From Elusimicrobia bacterium UBA5214 (GTDB taxonomy: Bacteria > Elusimicrobiota > UBA5214): a DNA stretch of 63,934 bases. Shown one piece after another: positions 9,852-16,626 of the stretch; the first letter of the stretch is position 1; every line of letters starts with the position of its first letter. Where the stretch lies: assembly GCA_002412545.1 (NCBI GenBank), contig DHVG01000002.1, positions 52,662-116,595 of the forward strand. The letters are read 5' to 3'. The position numbers and the translations under genes were made by a program. The notes beneath the pieces were generated by a model. That model did no database searches, had not been told where the DNA came from, and was given only the letters and a program-made list of their open reading frames with translations.

Positions 9852-10289
9852 TCATTTTTCATAATTTAAAGCTTTCAGATGATCTTGCAATTCATCAGCT
9901 TGCAATTCTGCGCCTCTCTTCATCTGCTGACCCTTCAGCTCTGCTGCAATTTCTTCATCAGCAAAAGCTTCATAATAGTCAGGCTCTTGCCATTTCAAAT
10001 TTGGAAAGTTGGCTTGTGCTTCTTCCAAATCTTTTGTTGTGTTTTCATCAGGCAGGTCAAAGACTGACTTTGACCTTTCACTATCAAACAATTCCCTAAC
10101 TTTGTTTTGAGTTCTCTGTATTTCCTTGGCTCTTCTTGAAAGCATTCTTATTAAGAGAGAAGCCTCTTTTCTTGAATGCACGCAAGTAAGCGCCTTGATA
10201 TCTTCGCATTCTTTCCATGTATAGCCGTTCAGTTCACAAAGTCTCCAGACCTTATCTTTTTGTTTATCAGTTATTTTGTTTTCTTCCAT
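9852..10289 (-). CDS. Small hypothetical protein with T[DE]KQ...S[RK]KEASxLI motif
   Basis: ATG 10289 follows AAAGGAGGT; ITDKQK...SRKEASLLI. Confidence 0.6.
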   Translation of the reverse strand: MEENKITDKQKDKVWRLCELNGYTWKECEDIKALTCVHSRKEASLLIRMLSRRAKEIQRTQNKVRELFDSERSKSVFDLPDENTTKDLEEAQANFPNLKWQEPDYYEAFADEEIAAELKGQQMKRGAELQADELQDHLKALNYEK

Positions 10290-10296
10290 TTTTCTA

Positions 10297-10539
10297 CCTC
10301 CTTTCATTTGCTTCATCGCGTCGTGCTCAATAATTTTGTTTTTCATAATTGAGTGTCAACGGCGATAGTGGATACATAAATTTTTAGGGAGTTTTTTCTT
10401 CCGCATGAAAAAACTCACGACCTCGCAAGAGGGAATAATTTAGTGAGCCACAAGCCAAGGATTATGAAAAAACAAACCCGAAGGGCTCGAGGCGAAGCAC
10501 TCGAGTCTTGAGCACGACAGGCAAATGTGCGGAAGGAGG
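10297..10539 (+). promoter_or_regulatory. Long branched stem-loop upstream of a minus-strand gene (Frpo/ssi-like candidate)
   Basis: Inverted pairs 10320-10330/10508-10518 and 10334-10349/10461-10476; mini-hairpins CCTCGCAAGAGG, CCCGAAGGG, GCGAAGC; TTGACA on the minus strand at 10354-10359. Confidence 0.55.
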
Positions 10540-10876
10540 GAATTTTTCAAGACAGGGAGCGAGAGCAAGAATATATGTTAAGCAGAGCGGTTTCTCGGAG
10601 AGAAATGACATTTGTTCTTGCTTGAGCAAAAACGAAAGCGAGCAGTTGTCAAGGTTTGAGTGTGCGAAAGCAAGGAAAACTGAAGACAAAAACACTCACT
10701 CCTTTAGCACAAGGCAAAGAGGTGAGTGTTTAGCGGAAATATATAGAATGCGAGCATCTTAGAGGACTTGGAAGGAGAAACAGTCCAACCATGCAGTAGA
10801 AACATTTTTGAGTAGCAAACATTTTTTATCGCTTAATGCCCCAATCTCAATAGAACCAATCTTTATTGAGCGACTA

Positions 10877-10905
10877 TTGACAAATTCGCATCATTGAGAT
10901 AAAAT
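10877..10905 (+). promoter_or_regulatory. sigma70 promoter for the radical SAM cassette
   Basis: TTGACA-N17-TAAAAT. Confidence 0.7.
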
Positions 10906-11085
10906 ACAAAAATAGAACAAACATGAAAAATTTTACAAATCTGCTAAGAATCGGCAAACTGTCACAAACGAACATAGGTCAAAAATATGGCGTTTTCACG
11001 CATTTTTTGGGTATATGTTGTGGGCTATCGTCCTTGTCGTTCTGGAGATTGACTTCGGCAAATTGTTTTATCCGCAAGACCTGAA

Positions 11086-12192
11086 GTGAAATTGTGGACG
11101 AAAGGTTTATACATAGTCAAGAGAATGACAACAAATAAAACCGTTTATGCACCTTGGAGTCCATCGAATTTGCAATTAGTACTTAATGGATATGACAAAA
11201 GAGAATTGCCTGTTATGTATTTAGAACTATCCGGAAAATGTACTAAATGTCGTTGTTTATATTGCGATTCCCCTCAACGCATGAATCTTGAAAATGAACT
11301 CTCTTTAGATGAAATAAAATCTCTAATAAATAAATTGGTAAATAAAAGGTTAAGATGGATTTTTATTTGTGGTTTGGGAGAACCGAGTGAAGATGAAAAA
11401 CTCAAGCCATTATTGTTTTATCTGAAAGAAAGGGAAATAAGAGTTAGCTTCTTTACAAATGGCTTAGGTTTTGCAGAAAATGACATTCGTAATTTGATAG
11501 AGTGTGACGCCAACTTAATTTTAAAGCTTGATACGTTCCATGGGGACATTTTTAATCGTTTATTAGGCAAAAAAGGGACAGCTGAAAAAATATATTCCTT
11601 TTTGGAATCACTTCTATTATATGGTTTTGTCAAAGTCAAATCAAACAATGAGACAAATCTTGCACTTTCAATAGTTCCAACGGCGTTAAATTTGAGTTCT
11701 ATACCTGAAGTAGTAAGATACTGTTTTAAGCATTCAATTTACCCTGCGATAGGTGAAATGGAACCATCAGGTAATGCTATAAAAAACCTCCCTGATTTAA
11801 GAGTATCAACAGTTGATCTTCAAGAAATTCATAATAAGGTGTCAGATATTCTCGGTTATTCTTACTTTAGACCATTATGTCCCGGTGTTATCTCAGATTT
11901 CAGAATAGATCACGTAGGAAATTGTATTGTTGATACTATCACAGGATTGGGTTGCGGGTGGTTTTTAGAAGAAAAATATGTACCTTTCATTCTAGGGAAT
12001 ATTAGAAATGACTCTATTGATGACATACAATATAGAGCATTTTTATATAGGTGCGAAAATTTCCATAAGACCGTTAGCATGTTGAAAGAGAAAACGCCGG
12101 TCATTGCTTGTGGTGGTGGTGCGCGACCGTCTCATTGGGTCGAACTATATGCTAAATTAATGGGTAAATATTTAAAAAGTAATGAGGAGTAA
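11086..12192 (+). CDS. Radical SAM protein with Cys-containing C-terminal (SPASM/twitch-like) extension
   Basis: CTKCRCLYC cluster, GLGEP, FFTNG; C-terminal CPG...GNC...LGC...LGNI. Confidence 0.8.
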   Translation: MKLWTKGLYIVKRMTTNKTVYAPWSPSNLQLVLNGYDKRELPVMYLELSGKCTKCRCLYCDSPQRMNLENELSLDEIKSLINKLVNKRLRWIFICGLGEPSEDEKLKPLLFYLKEREIRVSFFTNGLGFAENDIRNLIECDANLILKLDTFHGDIFNRLLGKKGTAEKIYSFLESLLLYGFVKVKSNNETNLALSIVPTALNLSSIPEVVRYCFKHSIYPAIGEMEPSGNAIKNLPDLRVSTVDLQEIHNKVSDILGYSYFRPLCPGVISDFRIDHVGNCIVDTITGLGCGWFLEEKYVPFILGNIRNDSIDDIQYRAFLYRCENFHKTVSMLKEKTPVIACGGGARPSHWVELYAKLMGKYLKSNEE

Positions 12193-13123
12193 CATACCAA
12201 TGATGTGGTTTTATTTATCATTGCTCCCCCCCGCTATCTGGGCTTGCGTTAATACTATAGATAAAATTGTTGTTGGTAAATATATAGATAGACCAATAGT
12301 CTATCTAATCTTTACGGGACTTGCAACATTGATACCTGTATCTTTATTACCACTATGGTGTAACTTTGATAAAATAAGTGTTTCGCTCATTTTACTGTCC
12401 ATAGCCACAGGTAGCATTTATATTTTTTATACCTGGTTTTTTTTCCGTTCACTTCAAATTAGCGATGCACCTGTAGTCGCAAATCTACTTTTATTGGTTC
12501 CTGTCATATCTCTTTTCATGGGAACGATTCTCTTTCATGAGAGATTCCATATCCATACATACGGGGGTATACTTCTCGTTATTGGCGGCGTACTTGGAAC
12601 ATCCTTTGAAAAAAGAGAGGGTAAAAATAGAACAAAGAATTGGTCTTTAACTCTAACGCCGGCATTTGTCTTAATGTTTATATCAGCAATTCTAACAAGT
12701 ATTGATTATACCCTGGAGAAATACATTCTTATGCAAACCAATGAAATCACACTTTTTTATTGGAACCGAGTTGGTATTCTTATAGCAACTGGGTGCATTC
12801 TTTTGATCCCCAAATCTCCAAGAAAAGATTTTATCCGGACTCTGCGTTTCATACCTCATATAATTCCCATATCTTTAATAAATGAAATCTTGGATATGAC
12901 CGCTGCTTTTATCTTAATTTCTGCATATTACTCGGGACCCCTATCGCTAGTAACAGCAATTATTTCTATACAGCCTTTATTTGTTCTAATATTTATAAAC
13001 ATCGTGAATAAAATTAGGCCGAACACCGTTCCGACTAGCGGGGATAAAAAATATTTTTTAATTAGGTTTGCCTGTATTATCATTGCAGTAGTGGGAATAT
13101 ATCTAATAAGCCTTACGGGGTGA
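12182..13123 (+). CDS. EamA/DMT family transporter
   Basis: About 10 hydrophobic segments in two repeats; LFHERF, GPLSLVTAIISIQPLFV. Confidence 0.8.
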   Translation: MRSNIPMMWFYLSLLPPAIWACVNTIDKIVVGKYIDRPIVYLIFTGLATLIPVSLLPLWCNFDKISVSLILLSIATGSIYIFYTWFFFRSLQISDAPVVANLLLLVPVISLFMGTILFHERFHIHTYGGILLVIGGVLGTSFEKREGKNRTKNWSLTLTPAFVLMFISAILTSIDYTLEKYILMQTNEITLFYWNRVGILIATGCILLIPKSPRKDFIRTLRFIPHIIPISLINEILDMTAAFILISAYYSGPLSLVTAIISIQPLFVLIFINIVNKIRPNTVPTSGDKKYFLIRFACIIIAVVGIYLISLTG

Positions 13124-13130
13124 GTTACAA

Positions 13131-14339
13131 ATGAGTGATGAGGTTCTGATGCTATTTTTAACCATGATTGTTATGATATTTACTCTTTTAGTTATGATAT
13201 GGCAGACTTGGTTAACAAGAATAGAAATGCGAAAAACCGCTGTGAGAGAAATTTATGCAAGGTATTTAGAAATAAACAAATTGGAGGTGGAAAACCCAGC
13301 ACTTCACAAAATGTTCATGGATAAAAAAACCTTTGAAGAACTGAAAAACTTACCTGAAGATGAACTTCGAAAGCGAGCATTATCACTATTTATATTTGAC
13401 CAGTTCGCTATGATTTATAATTTAGGAGAAAGAAAAAGTGTATATCTAAAGCTAAATCCTTATATCAAAAAATTGTTCAAAGAAGGAAAAATATTAGAGT
13501 GGTGGGAAGATTTTATTGATAGAAAAAGGTCTTTATTGGATATAAATGAATCTTATATTTGGGGGATAATGACAAACCCAGAAGTAATAAAATGTTGGAA
13601 AGATTATAAGTTAGGAGAAACATGGAAAGGTAGTAAATATTACGAGTACGTGAGTAATATCATAAATAATTCAAAATGGGGTATCGATGATAATTATAAA
13701 GACGATTCTTTACAAAAAAAAGAGAATGTTATTGCCATATATAATGAGGTGGCTGAACAATATACAACAACATTTTTTAATCCTAAAACCTTGCAGGCAG
13801 AAATTTTTTATTTGGAAAAGTTCTTATCAGTTGTAAAAAAAGGAGGGAAAATCATAGATGTAGGATGTGGTCCGGGAATAGAAACAAAATTTATTATAGG
13901 TAAGGGGTTTAGATATGAGGGTATCGATTTATCTCAGAAAATGATTGAGATAGCTAAAAGGAATAATCCGACGGCTACTTTTCGAATAATGGATATGCAC
14001 GAGTTGAATTATTCTGATAACGAATTTGATGGGATTATGGCACTAGAAAGTTTAATCCATCTACCTAAATCTGAGGTGCGTACTATCATTACTGATTTAT
14101 GTAGAATACTAAAACCTGGTGGAGTCATTTTACTCGCACTTCAAAAAGGTAAAGGAGAAAAAATTATTTCATTTCCATTTCAGAAAGAAAAGAAGTGCCT
14201 ACTAACTCTATTTACAATAGATGAGATGAAAAATCTGTTGAGTGAATCTGGATTTAAAGTTGTGTATAGTACAACAAGGAAACCTGTTCCGATGGAATAC
14301 AGATTTGATAAACTCGTTATAATCGCAGAGAAAAAATAA
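13131..14339 (+). CDS. Class I SAM-dependent methyltransferase with N-terminal membrane-anchored domain
   Basis: IIDVGCGPG, GIDLS, RILKPGG; N-terminal TM helix plus ~170-aa helical domain. Confidence 0.8.
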   Translation: MSDEVLMLFLTMIVMIFTLLVMIWQTWLTRIEMRKTAVREIYARYLEINKLEVENPALHKMFMDKKTFEELKNLPEDELRKRALSLFIFDQFAMIYNLGERKSVYLKLNPYIKKLFKEGKILEWWEDFIDRKRSLLDINESYIWGIMTNPEVIKCWKDYKLGETWKGSKYYEYVSNIINNSKWGIDDNYKDDSLQKKENVIAIYNEVAEQYTTTFFNPKTLQAEIFYLEKFLSVVKKGGKIIDVGCGPGIETKFIIGKGFRYEGIDLSQKMIEIAKRNNPTATFRIMDMHELNYSDNEFDGIMALESLIHLPKSEVRTIITDLCRILKPGGVILLALQKGKGEKIISFPFQKEKKCLLTLFTIDEMKNLLSESGFKVVYSTTRKPVPMEYRFDKLVIIAEKK

Positions 14340-14344
14340 AAGGA

Positions 14345-14468
14345 AATGACAGGATAACTCTGCATAAACAATTTCCTTGAGGAGAGGCAGTTTGAGCCTA
14401 TCCTCAAGTAGCAGTAGATAATTCAACTGCTTATCTGTTATTGCTTTTTCCTCTTGTGCTTCTGTCAT
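14345..14468 (-). pseudogene. Small T[DE]KQ-motif gene, probably truncated
   Basis: MTEAQEEKAITDKQLNYLLLLEDRLK...; the frame then runs into the convergent methyltransferase 3' end. Confidence 0.35.
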
Positions 14469-14477
14469 TTTCCAATC

Positions 14478-14771
14478 TTAATGCGTTGTCTGTCCGTTTC
14501 CGTTCAATGCCTCGTTTATCAATGCTGATGCTTCTTTCTTGCTTATGTTTTCCGGAAACTCAACCCCAAGTCCTCTCAAGAAATTCTTCTGTTTTTCAGT
14601 TGCCTGTTCATTATTGTTGCCGTTTTTCCTGTTGACAATTTCTTGAAACCTTCTGTCCTTGCCCATCTCTTGCAATATTCCGATTGCCGCTTGCGTCTTG
14701 CCTTTTCCGGTTAACTTCTCGAAGATCGCATTGAACTCTTCCACATAGCGTTGGACTTTTTCATCTTCCAT
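14478..14771 (-). CDS. Small hypothetical protein with ATEKQ...SKKEASALI motif
   Basis: 97 aa; SD AAAGGAGGT upstream. Confidence 0.7.
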   Translation of the reverse strand: MEDEKVQRYVEEFNAIFEKLTGKGKTQAAIGILQEMGKDRRFQEIVNRKNGNNNEQATEKQKNFLRGLGVEFPENISKKEASALINEALNGNGQTTH

Positions 14772-15194
14772 TTTTTATTTACCTCCTTTCATTTTGCTCG
14801 GGAAGAGAACCTTCCTTCATGATAAATTTTGGCAAACCCTTATGATTGCCTTAACAATTATCAAAAAAGAAAAGCAAGGGCGAGACCGAGATGGAACGAA
14901 AGCGGAGTTTTTCCTTGCGATGCCTGAAGGCTGTTAATGACAAAAACGGAGCGTGTTCCCTCGGGGTTTCGCAAGAAACGAAAAGCTTAAAATATCGCAA
15001 GACGAAGTCGGCAAGAGGGGAATGGCTCGGGTGGGCGGTGAATTGACGACGAAGCCTTCTTCAAGGAAGAAGGTTTTTTATGTTTTTCCTCGTCCGATGC
15101 TTTTCCCAGGAAGTTAGAAACAGTGGCGGTGTCTTGTCAAAAAGCATTCTACTTTTCGGTAGATTTCCGATTAGCCAAAGCAAGTCAAAAATTG

Positions 15195-15223
15195 TTGACA
15201 AAAAGGGCGGATGAGAATATAAT
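15195..15223 (+). promoter_or_regulatory. Consensus sigma70 promoter
   Basis: TTGACA-N17-TATAAT. Confidence 0.75.
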
Positions 15224-15295
15224 AAATCCTATAAAGGTTGAAAATCTTTTTGAAACATGTGAAAGTGATTGAATTGATTATAAGGAAGGTTTAGA

Positions 15296-15679
15296 ATGGG
15301 CTGGTATGATGTCGCACAAATTTGCTTGAACGGGAGTGTCATAAATCCTTGCGTGAAATAGTCCCCGCAGTTCAAGAAGAAATTTTGTAACAAGTGCGGT
15401 TCTCGGACAATTCCTGCTTGTGAGAAGTGCAATGTCTAGACCCATGGAGAATACCGTGAAAAAAACACTGTTGTCTTGGCTGTGGGTGGGCACTCCGGTC
15501 CAGCACCCTGATTTTGCTCAAATTGCGGAGAACTGTATCCTAAGGCTACACCCAAGATTGAGGCGGCCCCTGAACTTGTTTCGGAATTGGAGGATATCAC
15601 AGATTCTGAAAAGAAGATTTTAGCCCAGAGTATCGATGAAATTGAGCGTTGGTGCGACGTGATAAACATTGTTATTTAA
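15296..15679 (+). pseudogene. DUF2321-like zinc-ribbon protein pseudogene
   Basis: MGWYDVAQICLNG...KKFCNKCG...CEKC...FCSNCGELYP with in-frame stops at 15359 (TAG), 15437 (TAG) and 15509 (TGA). Confidence 0.7.
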
Positions 15680-15765
15680 TGAAGCAGAACTAAATCTAAC
15701 CTTCAGTTACGTATTCTTTTCCGGATAGGAAGGAATAACGCGGAAAGTTACAGTATGGAACAATC

Positions 15766-16626
15766 ATGTCAATTCTTCAGATAACAGGTGAACAGTTGAA
15801 GTCTTTAATGGGAGCAAGAGGCAGGAAAAGGTTAGCTATCCTCATTGGGGCGGGAGTTTCACGGATAGCAGGATGCAAATCTTGGGACGAAATGGTGGAA
15901 GAATTATTGAATCTTTGTGGCGAAAAAAAGGAAAATTATCCAACCCAAGAAATTCCTGCCATACTTGGTGAATGTAAGAGGAGGTTGAACGAAAATTTTT
16001 ACCAAGTAGTTGAAAAATCTGTTATCCCTGAAACTGAAAAGCTTGATAAGGTTTACAAGCCGATTATGAAAATCCTGTTCGAATCAACAAATCCTGTGAG
16101 TGTCATAACCACAAATATTGATAGCTGTCTAGAAATGTTAAAGCTTTTCAATGGTAGGTCTTTTGATAAAGACCGGTTAAATCCTCATGAGTTGTATATG
16201 GGCGGTATATTTCATCTACATGGAAAGAACGTAAAAAGTGCAATTCTCACCGCGGAAGACTACAACAATTTCTACCAAAACACTAATACGACAAAATTCT
16301 TCCTAAATAACATACTAGGAAGTTACACCCTTCTAATTATAGGTTACAGTCTCAGAGAATTTGAATTACTCAAGGAATTTATTTTTCTGAATTTTTTGAC
16401 ACCCGGCGACCGACGGAGTCCTTACCATTTTGTGCTTTTCCCAAGTGACGAAATAAATCCACAGATGTCTGAACTATACAAAAATCAATACGGTATCGGA
16501 GTGATTAGCTATCACAAGAGGAATGAATCTTACTCGGGTTTTGTAGATGCAATTATGGAATTATGTGAGAAACTAAAACCTATTACTGGTAAAGAAGGAG
16601 ATGCAAGGCATGTCGAAATTAGTTGA
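15766..16626 (+). CDS. SIR2-like (SIR2_2) NADase-domain protein
   Basis: ILIGAGVS, ITTNID, FHLHG, IIGYSLRE motifs. Confidence 0.85.
   Translation: MSILQITGEQLKSLMGARGRKRLAILIGAGVSRIAGCKSWDEMVEELLNLCGEKKENYPTQEIPAILGECKRRLNENFYQVVEKSVIPETEKLDKVYKPIMKILFESTNPVSVITTNIDSCLEMLKLFNGRSFDKDRLNPHELYMGGIFHLHGKNVKSAILTAEDYNNFYQNTNTTKFFLNNILGSYTLLIIGYSLREFELLKEFIFLNFLTPGDRRSPYHFVLFPSDEINPQMSELYKNQYGIGVISYHKRNESYSGFVDAIMELCEKLKPITGKEGDARHVEIS

Noticed and set aside
10462-10762. ORFs 10462..10695 (-) and 10508..10762 (+)
   Set aside because: They overlie the structured non-coding block, with no SD or recognisable protein features
15296-15679. Stop-codon recoding or selenocysteine in the DUF2321-like frame
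   Set aside because: Stops are mixed TAG and TGA, not at conserved Cys positions, and neighbouring genes use all three stops normally
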